In this document: piece by piece, positions 9,348 to 21,009 of the stretch
Layout of the letters: each line of letters opens with the position of its first letter
Position numbering within the stretch: the first letter of the stretch is position 1
Origin: an uncultured Actinomycetes bacterium
GTDB taxonomy: Bacteria; Actinomycetota; UBA4738; HRBIN12
Length of the DNA: 64,000 nt
Reading direction: 5' to 3'
NCBI GenBank assembly: GCA_963716935.1
Contig: CAVQUN010000006.1
Coordinates: forward strand, 83,678 to 147,677
Position numbers and translations under genes: made by a program
Notes under the pieces: model-generated
Told to the model about the DNA's origin: nothing
Seen by the model: only the letters and a program-made list of their open reading frames with translations
The model's database searches: none

Positions 9348-10478
9348 ATGGCGCGGATCGTCGCATTCGGCGATGCGCACCTCGGCCGGACCCACCTCGC
9401 CCACGTCCGGGACGACAGGGGGCGGAACCTTCGCGAGGAGGATTTCCTCCGCTCGTTCGTCTGGGCGGTGGAGGAGACCCTGCGGCAGGAGCCGGACGGC
9501 TTCCTGTGGCTGGGCGACGTCTTCGATCTGGCCAGGCCCACGTATCGAACGTTCGCCCAGGTCCTGGCCGGCCTGCAGCGGCTGGCGGACGCGGGCCTGC
9601 GTGGCGTCGCGATCAGCGGGAACCACGACACGCCCCGCGTGCGGGGGACCGGATCGCCGTACGACGCCCTCGAGCGAGTCTTCCCCAACGTGACCTTCGC
9701 CTGGCGGATGGAGGCGGTCGCGACCGAGCTCGCCGGCGTGCTCGTGCACGCCGTCCCGCAGACCCTGTCGGTGGAGGACCTTCGCCGCGAGCTGGATGCC
9801 GCGGCGGCCGCGACCCGGGGCGACGCCACCAACGTGCTCATCGCGCACGTGGCCCTGACGTCGCTGCCCGCCCGCTCCTATCGGGACATCAACGAGCTCG
9901 AGGTGGAGGAGGCCGCGTTCGACCGCGGGTTCGACCACGTCGTGCTCGGCCACTACCACGCGTTCCAGAAGGTCTCCAAGCGGACCTGGTACGCGGGCTC
10001 CACCGACACGTTCTCGTTCGCGGACTCGCCCGAGGCGGAGAAGGGGATCCTCGTCCTCGACACGGATGCCGGCCGCGTCGAGCACGTCGCGAACCCCGGC
10101 GAGCGGGCGCTCGTGACCCACTCGGTGCCGGCGGCGGCCATGTCGGCCGGCGAGCTCGTCGACGCGGTCGAGCGCGCCGCGAAGGGGAGCCCCGAGGGCG
10201 CCGTCGTGCGCGTCTACCTGAACGAGGTGGACCCGGCCTCGTTCCGCCAGGTCGCGACCGAGCAGTTCCAGGAGGCCGTTCCGGGCGCGCTCTGGGTCCA
10301 GGTCGAGCCGGACTTCGGCGGGCGGCCGTTCGCCGTCCAGGGGGCCCCGACGGTGGGCTCGCTCGAGGCCGAGTGGGCGGCCTACGTGGAGCTGCAAGAT
10401 CTCGCCGGCCTCGAGCGGCCGCGCGTCGTCGCGCTCGGCACCCGATTCCTGGAGGACGCGCGCGGGGAGACGGTGTGA
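9348..10478 (+). CDS. mre11: Mre11/SbcD-family nuclease (metallophosphoesterase)
   Basis: 376 aa with phosphoesterase motifs AFGDAHLG, WLGDVFD, ISGNHD, LIAHVAL and LGHYHAF. Confidence 0.85.
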   Translation: MARIVAFGDAHLGRTHLAHVRDDRGRNLREEDFLRSFVWAVEETLRQEPDGFLWLGDVFDLARPTYRTFAQVLAGLQRLADAGLRGVAISGNHDTPRVRGTGSPYDALERVFPNVTFAWRMEAVATELAGVLVHAVPQTLSVEDLRRELDAAAAATRGDATNVLIAHVALTSLPARSYRDINELEVEEAAFDRGFDHVVLGHYHAFQKVSKRTWYAGSTDTFSFADSPEAEKGILVLDTDAGRVEHVANPGERALVTHSVPAAAMSAGELVDAVERAAKGSPEGAVVRVYLNEVDPASFRQVATEQFQEAVPGALWVQVEPDFGGRPFAVQGAPTVGSLEAEWAAYVELQDLAGLERPRVVALGTRFLEDARGETV

Positions 10479-12757
10479 GGGCCCTCGAGCTCTCCCTGCG
10501 GAACTATCGGGTGTTCGAGGAGGTCGACCTCGAGCTGCCGGCCCGGGTGATCGGGATCTTCGGCGAGAACGGGAGCGGCAAGACCACGCTGCTCGAGAGC
10601 ATCGCGTTCGCGCTGTACGGCGTCGACGCGGCGCGCACGAAGAAGCAGCACATCCGCACGCATGGCATCCTCACCGACTGCGAGGTGCGCCTGGTCTTCG
10701 AGCACGCCGGCAACGAGCACGAGGTTCGGCGTTCGATCCGCGGCAAGGGCCACACGCCCGAGGCGGAGCTGTTCGGGGGCGGGCTCCTCCTCGCGTCGGG
10801 GACCACCGACGTGGACGCCGAGATCCGCCGGCTCCTCCACATGGACCTGCAGGTCTTCCGCTCCTCCGTCTACGCCGAGCAGAAGCAGCTGGACGCGTTC
10901 TCCTCCCTTCGCCCGGGAGAGCGCAAGGAAACGGCGCTCCGCCTGCTCGGGATCAAGCCCGTCGACGACGCTCGGTCCGCCGCGCGGCGGGAGTCGCGCG
11001 CCGTGAAAGAGAGCGCAGGCCAGCTCGCGGGGGCGATCGGCGACCTCGCCGCCCTCGAGGCGGACGTCAAGGAGGCCGGGGACGGCGCCGCCGAGTCGAA
11101 GAAGCTCGCAAAGGCCGCGGCCGCGCGCGTTCGGGCCGCGGGCGCGGCCGAGCGCGCCGCGCGCACGGCGTTCGCCGAGATCGACCGTACGCGCGAGCAC
11201 GTCCAGCGACTCACCATCCAGCTGTCCGCGAAGACCGAGCAGCGCGACGCCACCGAGGAGCAGCGGGCGCTGCTCGCGAACCGGGTGGACGAGCTCACCG
11301 AGGCGATCGCCGAGCTGTCGACGCTCGAGGCCGAGCTCGCGGCGCTCGCGGGCATCGACGATCGGCTCCGGGCCGCGCTTCGCGTGGGCGAGGCGGCGGG
11401 CCGGCTCGCCGCGGCCGAGGCGGACCTCGAGGCGCTCCCGGAGTCCGCGTCCGCCGCGGCCGAGGCGGACCTCGAGGCCGCCGAGGCGGCGCTCGCGGGC
11501 GCGCGCACCGCGGCGGCCGGCGCCGACGCGCTGCTGGGGCAGGCCCGCTCGCAGCTCGCGGCGGCGGGCGAGCGGCTGGACCGGGCCGCCGAGGCCGACC
11601 CGTCGCAGCCCTGCCCGACCTGCGGCCGTCCGCTCGGCGACGACTTCGCCGGCTACGTGAAGCATTGCCGGGCGGCCGTCGCGGAGGCCAAGCGAGCCGC
11701 CGCGGCCGCGGATCGGGACGCGAAGGAGGCCGCGCGGGCCCTCGCCGCGGCCGAGCGGGCTCGAGAGCTGGTCGTCGCCCAGGGACGTCGCGTGGTGCAG
11801 GCCGAGCGTCGGCGCGTCCAGCTGGCCGACCAGGTCGAGGCCCTGCGGACGGAGGTCCTGGAGCTCGGCGCGCCGTTCGGCGGCGAGGTTCCCGACGTCG
11901 CGGAGCTTCGCGCCCGAGCCGACGAGGCGCGGACGATCGGCAAGCGCGTCGCCGAGCTGGGGGCCGATCGCCGGCACCTGCAGGCGGCGGAGAAGGACCT
12001 CGCCGCCGCGGCCCGGCGGCTCGAGACGCTCGAGCGTGAGCTCGCGGCTCTCGCGGGCCAGGCGGAGGGACTCGCGTTCGACCCCGCAGAGCACGAGCGC
12101 CTCGGGTCCGAGCTCCGGGAGGCCGACGCCGTGCTGGACGCCGCCCGCGCGGACGAGCGCGACGCGGGCGACGCGCTCCGGGAGGCCGAGAAGCGGCTGA
12201 GCGAGCTCACGGGTGCGCTCGGCCAGGCGAGGGAGACGTCGGCGCGCGTCGACGAGCTCCGGTCGGAGGCCCGCTACGTCGAGCGCGTCGCCATGCTGCT
12301 GGACGGGTTCCGAGACCACCTGGTCGCCCGGGTGGGTCCCGAGCTCTCGCGCGAGGCCGAAGCGTTGTTCCGGGACCTGACCGGCCACGAGTACGCGGAC
12401 CTTCGCGTCGACGAGGAGACGCTCGCGATCCAGATCGCCGACGGCGACACCTACTTCCCCATCGACCGCTTCTCGGGGGCCGAGACCGACCTCGCGAACC
12501 TCGCGCTCCGCGTGGCCATCTCGGCGCATCTGTCCCGCGTGTCGGGCGCCGACGTGGGCCTGCTCGTCCTGGACGAGGTCCTGGCCTCGCTCGACGAGGA
12601 GCACAAGGACCTCCTGGTGCAGGCGCTCGGCGCGCTCTCGTCCCGCTTCCACCAGCTGTTCGTCATCACCCACGCCGAACGCGTGAAGGACCAGTTCCCC
12701 GCGTCGATCCTCGTCCGCAAGACGGCTCGCCGGCGGGCCGCGGTCGAGCTCGTCTAG
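10475..12757 (+). CDS. rad50: Rad50/SbcC-family ATPase with CxxC zinc hook
   Basis: GTG 10475 overlaps the mre11 stop (GTGA). Walker A is FGENGSGKTTLLE. A long Ala/Glu/Arg coiled coil carries a central QPCPTCGRPL hook. Signature FSGAETDLANLALR and Walker B LLVLDEVLASLD. 760 aa. Confidence 0.85.
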   Translation: MRALELSLRNYRVFEEVDLELPARVIGIFGENGSGKTTLLESIAFALYGVDAARTKKQHIRTHGILTDCEVRLVFEHAGNEHEVRRSIRGKGHTPEAELFGGGLLLASGTTDVDAEIRRLLHMDLQVFRSSVYAEQKQLDAFSSLRPGERKETALRLLGIKPVDDARSAARRESRAVKESAGQLAGAIGDLAALEADVKEAGDGAAESKKLAKAAAARVRAAGAAERAARTAFAEIDRTREHVQRLTIQLSAKTEQRDATEEQRALLANRVDELTEAIAELSTLEAELAALAGIDDRLRAALRVGEAAGRLAAAEADLEALPESASAAAEADLEAAEAALAGARTAAAGADALLGQARSQLAAAGERLDRAAEADPSQPCPTCGRPLGDDFAGYVKHCRAAVAEAKRAAAAADRDAKEAARALAAAERARELVVAQGRRVVQAERRRVQLADQVEALRTEVLELGAPFGGEVPDVAELRARADEARTIGKRVAELGADRRHLQAAEKDLAAAARRLETLERELAALAGQAEGLAFDPAEHERLGSELREADAVLDAARADERDAGDALREAEKRLSELTGALGQARETSARVDELRSEARYVERVAMLLDGFRDHLVARVGPELSREAEALFRDLTGHEYADLRVDEETLAIQIADGDTYFPIDRFSGAETDLANLALRVAISAHLSRVSGADVGLLVLDEVLASLDEEHKDLLVQALGALSSRFHQLFVITHAERVKDQFPASILVRKTARRRAAVELV

Positions 12758-13536
12758 GGCGCGGGCTCCTCGCGAACGGCGGTCTCGGCGAACGCGCCGC
12801 CGTCCCACTCGAGCGTGGTGATCCGGTAGGAGCTCGGGCAACAGTGCGAATCGCCGGGCTCGAACACGGCCTCCCGGAGCTCGAGGTGGTCGCCCGCGAT
12901 CGCGAACTGCGCGTCGCACGTGCGGCGATCCAGGGCCTGGACCGCCCCGCCGGCGAACGGCGCGACGACGCGCCACCGGCCGCACGCCCCGCTTCCGCCC
13001 GTCTGCTCGAACGTGAGGGCGTCCACGACGCCGTCGCGCGTGACGTCCGCCGCGTCGAGCGTGATGCCGAGGACGCCCTTGGCCGGTGGGTCCGTGAACG
13101 CGTGGGTGGCCCGCCACGCGGGCGCGTCGGCGACGCGCTCCCAGAGCACCACGCCGAGCTCTCGCGCGAACGGGTCCGCGCCGCGACCCCACACGACCCA
13201 CGCGAACCCCGGGATCTCGCCGGAGGGCTCGGTGAGCACCGCGTCGAGCACCTCGGCCCCGGGGGGAGCGAGGGGCTCGAACGGACCGTCGGCGCTCACC
13301 TCGCCGTCGAACGCCGTCGGGGCGTCGACGGGGAGCTGCAGGACGGGCTCGGGCGTCGGGCTCGGGCTCGGCGTGGGCGTGGCGCCCGACTGGCTCGGCG
13401 AGCCGGTCGACGGCGAGCTCGTCTGGCTCGACGGGCGCTCGCTCGGGCTCGAGCTCGTGGACTGCGTCGGCGATGCGTCGCCTCCCGTCTGGCAGGCGGC
13501 GAGGCAAAGCGCGAGCGCGACGAGGGCTCGTCTCAC
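12754..13536 (-). CDS. Lipoprotein of unknown function
   Basis: Signal peptide with lipobox LAAC, a Ser/Pro/Thr-rich linker, then a ~180-aa domain ending DSHCCPSSYRITTLEW. The GTG start overlaps the upstream stop (GTGA). Confidence 0.7.
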   Translation of the reverse strand: MRRALVALALCLAACQTGGDASPTQSTSSSPSERPSSQTSSPSTGSPSQSGATPTPSPSPTPEPVLQLPVDAPTAFDGEVSADGPFEPLAPPGAEVLDAVLTEPSGEIPGFAWVVWGRGADPFARELGVVLWERVADAPAWRATHAFTDPPAKGVLGITLDAADVTRDGVVDALTFEQTGGSGACGRWRVVAPFAGGAVQALDRRTCDAQFAIAGDHLELREAVFEPGDSHCCPSSYRITTLEWDGGAFAETAVREEPAP

Positions 13537-14264
13537 GTCGCGTAGTGCTGAGCGAGCTCAGACGCGACGTATCGCGAGCCGTCATCGGTCAGGTGCCCGC
13601 GATCGTCGCGGTATTGCGCGCACGCGGCGAGCAGCGGGTCCGGTCCGGCGACGACATCGGATCCATCGGCGACCTCGGCGATGATGTCCTTCATCACCGG
13701 GTTCATCCCTGAGGCGTCCACGATTCCTCCGATCGAGGTCGGGTAGGGACAGGGTTGGGCGTCGGGTCCGCCGACGATGGGGATGAGCTCGACGACCCGG
13801 ACCGTCGGCCACCTCGCCCGCATGTTCGCGATGGATGCCTCGAGGTCCGCCACCACCTGGGCCTGGGGAAGCGTTCGCCAGTCCTTCGCCGCGACCTGGA
13901 AGAGGATTCGGTCAGGATCTCGATCACACGGGGAGAAGAGGGGCTCGGAAAATCCCGGCTCGGATGGGTCCGCCCAGAGCTCCACGTCGTGCCCGCTCGG
14001 CGCGAGGAGCTCCCAGGCCTTGTCCCGGATGCCCTGCTCCTGCTCGAACCCTCCGCCCCGGAACCAGTCCTCGGTCACCGAGAACCCGATCACCAACGTG
14101 CAGCTCCCCGAGGGACGACCGGATGGACTGACGACCGGGCGCGGTGATGCGGATGGGCTCGCCGATACCGGCGGACGCCGGGAGGGTCGCGCGCGCGGCT
14201 CGTGGGTCTGACGGCAGGCAACCAACGCGAGCAGGACGAGCATGAAGGGGAGGGATCGGCGCAT
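13533..14264 (-). CDS. Lipoprotein, possibly SGNH/GDSL-like fold
   Basis: Lipobox LVAC and a Pro/Ser linker. A weak SGNH-like pattern is present (IGFSVT near the N-terminus, DDRGHLTDDG near the C-terminus). The functional call is tentative. Confidence 0.6.
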   Translation of the reverse strand: MRRSLPFMLVLLALVACRQTHEPRARPSRRPPVSASPSASPRPVVSPSGRPSGSCTLVIGFSVTEDWFRGGGFEQEQGIRDKAWELLAPSGHDVELWADPSEPGFSEPLFSPCDRDPDRILFQVAAKDWRTLPQAQVVADLEASIANMRARWPTVRVVELIPIVGGPDAQPCPYPTSIGGIVDASGMNPVMKDIIAEVADGSDVVAGPDPLLAACAQYRDDRGHLTDDGSRYVASELAQHYAT

Positions 14265-14312
14265 GGGCCATGGATGCTACCGCCACTTCCCGGACTTCAC
14301 GGGGCGGGCTGG

Positions 14313-14318
14313 TACCGT
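14313..14318 (+). promoter_or_regulatory. -10-like hexamer TACCGT, candidate leaderless promoter
   Basis: TANNNT hexamer 7 nt upstream of ATG 14326. Confidence 0.35.
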
Positions 14319-14325
14319 TCGCTCG

Positions 14326-14856
14326 ATGCCTCGACCGAAGAGCGTCACCGATTCCGAGACCACCCTCGTGCAGCTCATGGAGATCACGCACGCGAACATC
14401 TCGGGCATCGTCCACGGCGGCGAGGTCATGAAACTCGTCGACACGGCGGCCGGCATCGCCGCCATCAAGCACGCCGGCGGGATGTGCGTGACCGCATCCG
14501 TGGACGAGATGTCGTTCCTGCACCCGGTGCACGTCGGCGACCTGGTCACGGTTCGCGCATCCGTGAACGACGTCGGCACGACCTCGCTGGAGGTGGGGGT
14601 CCGCGTGGAGGTCGAGGACGTGGTCCGGCGCGAGCGGCGGCACACCTCGAGCGCCTACCTCGTCTTCGTCGCCCTCGACGATCGCGGCAAGCCGCGGCCG
14701 GTTCCCCCGCTCGTCGCCGAGACCGAGGTGGAGCTCCGCCGGCAACGGGAGGCGAAGATTCGACGCCAGACCCGGCTCGACCATCGGGCCGCGATCGAGA
14801 CCCATCGCCGAACCGCGCCCCCCGAGGACGGCCAGCCCACGCACCTGCGGATCTGA
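14326..14856 (+). CDS. Acyl-CoA thioesterase (hotdog fold, YciA-like)
   Basis: NISGIVHGGEVMKLVDTAAGIAA...SVDEMSFLHPVHVGDLV...YLVFVALD is typical of 4HBT/acyl-CoA thioester hydrolases. ATG 14326 is preferred over ORF start 14242, which would overlap the divergent lipoprotein gene. Confidence 0.75.
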   Translation: MPRPKSVTDSETTLVQLMEITHANISGIVHGGEVMKLVDTAAGIAAIKHAGGMCVTASVDEMSFLHPVHVGDLVTVRASVNDVGTTSLEVGVRVEVEDVVRRERRHTSSAYLVFVALDDRGKPRPVPPLVAETEVELRRQREAKIRRQTRLDHRAAIETHRRTAPPEDGQPTHLRI

Positions 14857-14883
14857 CGCGCTCGGCCGCCGGCTTCTGGGACG

Positions 14884-17619
<2,736 letters not shown>

Positions 17620-17686
17620 CACCCGAACGGCCTTCGACCCTGCGCACGCGGGCCGTTGGACTCCGCCCGAGACCCTCCCCGCCGCC

Positions 17687-17692
17687 TACCGT
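17687..17692 (+). promoter_or_regulatory. -10-like hexamer TACCGT, candidate leaderless promoter
   Basis: TANNNT hexamer 8 nt upstream of ATG 17701. Confidence 0.3.
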
Positions 17693-17700
17693 CGGTGCAG

Positions 17701-18822
17701 ATGGGGATTTCGTTCGGGTTCCCGCGCATGCACGTGGAGGCCGGCGAGCGCCGGGACTTCCTCCCGGAGCTCGTCACCTGGCTGGACCGCCACGACGTGG
17801 GCGAGATCGTCCTCGAGGAGGGCTACGGCTCGGCCATGGGCCTCGGGCCCGACGCCTACCTCCGATCCGACCGGGTTCGCTTCGCTCCCTACGAGGATTG
17901 TTTTGGTCAGGACGTCGTCGTCGTGCTCCGATGCCCCCCGCGCGAGGCCCTGTCGCAGCTGCGGCCGGGAACCGTGTTCGTCTCGATGCTCCACTATCCG
18001 ACGCGGCCCGAGCGCGTGGAGCTGCTCGTCCGGCGCGGCATCCACGGGGTCAGCCTCGACGCGATCACCGACGAACGAGGCCGACGGACGGTCGAGAACC
18101 TTGAGTCGGTCGCGTGGAACGGCGTCCGCGAGGCCTTCCGCGAGATCCAGGTCCGCCACCCGCACTTCGACCACCCGAGCCGTCGGCCGTTGCACGTCAC
18201 GTGCCTGGGAGCGGGCGCCGTCGGCGCGCACGCCGTGCACGCGTCCACCCGATACGGCGACGCCCGGCTGCGGGAGTCCCTGGTCGCGAGCAACGTCCCC
18301 GGCGTCGAGGTCACGGTGCTCGACTTCGACCTCACCTGGCATGAGGACTACATGCTCGGACGTCTCGAGACCACGGACCTGCTGATCGACGCGACCCATC
18401 GCCGGGACCCCTCCACGCCGATCGTGCCGAACGCGTGGGTCGCCGCGCTCCCGCAGGACGCCGTCCTGCTCGACCTCGCCGCCGACCCATACGACCTCGA
18501 CGCGCGGCCCCCGGTGGTCAAGGGCATCGAGGGCGTGCCGCACGGCAACCTCGACACATGGATCTTCCCCGTCGACCATCCGGCGTGGGGCGCGCTCGAC
18601 GAGCGGGTCACGACGACGAACCGGCGGGTGGCCCTGTCCTGCTACTCGTGGCCGGGACTCGACCCCGTCGGCAGCATGCGCGCGTACGGCGCTCAGCTCG
18701 AGCCCGTATTGCGCGTGGTCCTCGAGAAGCCTCCCGGCTCGTGGGAGCTCGAGGGGGCCGACCACGAGGAACGGGCGGTGGCCCGAGCGGAGGTGTCGCG
18801 ATGGATGCGCGAGCGGGCCTGA
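17701..18822 (+). CDS. Alanine dehydrogenase/PNT-family protein (N5-(carboxyethyl)ornithine-synthase-like), paralogue 1
   Basis: N-terminal GFPRMHVEAGERRDFLP, SMLHYPTRPERV, Rossmann CLGAGAVGAHAV and C-terminal SCYSWPG. The family assignment is from memory of CEOS/AlaDH N-terminal patterns. Confidence 0.6.
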   Translation: MGISFGFPRMHVEAGERRDFLPELVTWLDRHDVGEIVLEEGYGSAMGLGPDAYLRSDRVRFAPYEDCFGQDVVVVLRCPPREALSQLRPGTVFVSMLHYPTRPERVELLVRRGIHGVSLDAITDERGRRTVENLESVAWNGVREAFREIQVRHPHFDHPSRRPLHVTCLGAGAVGAHAVHASTRYGDARLRESLVASNVPGVEVTVLDFDLTWHEDYMLGRLETTDLLIDATHRRDPSTPIVPNAWVAALPQDAVLLDLAADPYDLDARPPVVKGIEGVPHGNLDTWIFPVDHPAWGALDERVTTTNRRVALSCYSWPGLDPVGSMRAYGAQLEPVLRVVLEKPPGSWELEGADHEERAVARAEVSRWMRERA

Positions 18823-19952
18823 CGTTCGGTCTTCCGCAGATGCACAAGGAGCCCGGGGAGCGTCGCGACTTCCTGCCCGGCCTTGTGGGAACGATCGCGA
18901 ATCTCGGCTGCGAGGTGTTCGTCGAGTCGGGCATCGGATCCGCTATCGGCTATCGGGACGCCGACTACGTCGCCACGTCGCCCCTTGTTCGCGTCGTCGA
19001 CGAGGACACGGCCTACCGGCAGGACGTCGTCGTCGTCCTCCGGGCGCCGATCGGCAAGTTCGAGAAGCTGCGGCGCGGCGCGACGCTGATCTCCATGCTC
19101 CACTTCCCGACGCGGCCGGCCCGGGTGCGGCATCTCGAGGAGCTGGGCATCCAAGCCGTCGGCCTCGACACCATCGAGGACGACCAGGGCCGCCGCCTCG
19201 TCGTGAACAGCCGGGCGGTCGCCTGGAACGGCCTCGAGGCGGCGTTCGAGACACTGGAGCGCACGTGGCCGCTCCTGACCGCGCGCGATCGGGGGCCGGT
19301 CCGCGTGACCATCATGGGTGCGGGCGAGATCGGCAAGCACGCCGTGGAGGCCGCGACGAAGTACGGGAACGTGGAGCGCTCGGAGCTGCTCACGAGATAC
19401 GGGCTGGCGGGGGTCGAGGTCACGACGATCGGCCGGAACCTCACGTGCAGCCCGGAGTACCTGCTGGACCGGCTGCGGGTGACGGACGTACTCGTCGACG
19501 CGACGCAGCGTGCGGACCCCGCGATCCCGCTCATCCGCAACGAGTCCCTCGGGCTCCTGCCGCCGCACGCGGTGATCTGTGACCTCGTCGTCGACCCCTA
19601 TCTCCTGGACGCCGACCCGTCGACGGTCCGCGGGATCGAGGGAATCCCGCAGGGCAACCTCGATCGGTACGTGTTCGACGTGAACGACCCCGCGTGGGAC
19701 GCGCTGCCGCCCGGAATCCCAACCGGCCAGCGACGTCCGGTGGTGTCGTGCTACTCGTGGCCGGGGGTGCACCCCAAGCGCTGCATGGAGCTGTACGGTA
19801 AGCAGCTGGCGCCGTTGCTGGAGGCGCTAATCGAGCGGGGCGGGCTCGCCGGCGTGCGCCCGGACGGCTCGTTTCACGAGCGGGCCCTGCATCGGGGAAG
19901 CCTGCGGGCCTGGCTGCACCCCGAGCCGATCGCGCTGCTCGTCGAGGCGTAG
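18801..19952 (+). CDS. Alanine dehydrogenase/PNT-family protein, paralogue 2
   Basis: Internal ATG 18801 of ORF 18435-19952. Colinear with paralogue 1 (GLPQMHKEPGERRDFLP, SMLHFPTRPARV, IMGAGEIGKHAV, SCYSWPG). Overlaps paralogue 1 by 22 nt. Confidence 0.6.
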   Translation: MDARAGLTFGLPQMHKEPGERRDFLPGLVGTIANLGCEVFVESGIGSAIGYRDADYVATSPLVRVVDEDTAYRQDVVVVLRAPIGKFEKLRRGATLISMLHFPTRPARVRHLEELGIQAVGLDTIEDDQGRRLVVNSRAVAWNGLEAAFETLERTWPLLTARDRGPVRVTIMGAGEIGKHAVEAATKYGNVERSELLTRYGLAGVEVTTIGRNLTCSPEYLLDRLRVTDVLVDATQRADPAIPLIRNESLGLLPPHAVICDLVVDPYLLDADPSTVRGIEGIPQGNLDRYVFDVNDPAWDALPPGIPTGQRRPVVSCYSWPGVHPKRCMELYGKQLAPLLEALIERGGLAGVRPDGSFHERALHRGSLRAWLHPEPIALLVEA

Positions 19953-19971
19953 CCGGTCCGGGGACGACCCG

Positions 19972-21009
19972 CTACGTCTGGACGCTGCCGGGGATCTCGC
20001 GCCAGTCGTACGGGCTGGAATAGTTGACCAGCATCCGCATGTAGTTCGCGCGAGCGTAGGCGGCGGGGTCGGCGACGTTCTCCTGGCTGACGCTGCCCTT
20101 GAGCTGCTCGACGCTCTCGTACTCGTGCTCGTCGAGCCAGGTCCCGAGCCCGTCCAGGACGGTGGCCAGGTGCTCGGGCCCGTTGCGGAACAGGGCCGAC
20201 GCCATCATCGTCACGTCCGCTCCCGCCAGCAGGAGCTTGACGGCATCCTCCCCCGTGTGGACGCCCGTGGTCGCGCCGAGCGAGCAGTCGACGGCGCCGT
20301 GAAGGATCGCGATCCACCGCAGTGGGAGGCGTAGCTCCTCGGAGGTCGACAGGTGCAGGGTGGGATCGACCTGCAGGGTCTCGAGGTCGATGTCCGGCTG
20401 CAGGAAACGGTTGAAGAGCACGAGGCCGTCGGCGCCGGCCTCGACGAGCTGCCGGGCCATGTTCGCCATCGACGAGAAGTAAGGCCCCACCTTGACGGCG
20501 AGGGGAATCGTGACGCTCTCGCGAACCGCGGAGACGAGGTCCAGGTAGCGTCGCTCGACCTGCCACCCGCTCTCGTCCGGATCGGCCGCGACGAAGTACA
20601 CGTTGAGCTCGAGCGCGTCCGCGCCGGCGTCCTGGATCAGCTTCGCGTAGCGGACCCACCCGCCCGCGCTCGAGCCGTTCAGCGATCCGATGACCGGGAT
20701 CGCGAGCTCCCGCTTGGAGGCCTCGAGGTGGCGAAGGTACTCGTCGGGCCCCGTGTTGTAGTCCTCGAGCTCGGGGAAGTGGGTGATCGACTCCGGGTTG
20801 CTGTCCGCACCGGTCTCGAGCATTCGGTGGATCTCGACCTCCTCGTGCTCGATCTGCTCCTCGAACAGCGATTGCATGACGACCGCCGAGGCGCCGGCGT
20901 CCTGCAGGAGCTTGAGGGTGTCGATCCTCGACGACAGCGTCGAGGCCGACGGCACGAGCGGGTTCGCGAGCGAGAGGCCGAGGTAGGTGGTCCGAAGGTC
21001 GGCCGTCAC
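19972..21009 (-). CDS. Dihydroorotate dehydrogenase-like flavoprotein (TIM barrel)
   Basis: 345 aa with LANPLVPSAS, DAGADALELNVY, PLAVKVGPY, GADGLVLFNR and GGVHTGEDAVKLLLAGA-like blocks. 4-nt overlap with the PFOR stop. Confidence 0.7.
   Translation of the reverse strand: MTADLRTTYLGLSLANPLVPSASTLSSRIDTLKLLQDAGASAVVMQSLFEEQIEHEEVEIHRMLETGADSNPESITHFPELEDYNTGPDEYLRHLEASKRELAIPVIGSLNGSSAGGWVRYAKLIQDAGADALELNVYFVAADPDESGWQVERRYLDLVSAVRESVTIPLAVKVGPYFSSMANMARQLVEAGADGLVLFNRFLQPDIDLETLQVDPTLHLSTSEELRLPLRWIAILHGAVDCSLGATTGVHTGEDAVKLLLAGADVTMMASALFRNGPEHLATVLDGLGTWLDEHEYESVEQLKGSVSQENVADPAAYARANYMRMLVNYSSPYDWREIPGSVQT

Noticed and set aside
10382-13585. 1067-aa ORF antisense to rad50 and overlapping the lipoprotein gene out of frame
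   Set aside because: It is low-complexity Arg/Gly/Ala/Pro sequence. The opposite or alternative frames carry clear Rad50 and lipoprotein signatures.
17620-17700. Weak inverted repeat AACGGCC...GGCCGTT after the aconitase stop
   Set aside because: It has only 7 bp with an 18-nt loop and no U-tract. It is not distinguishable from background in GC-rich DNA.
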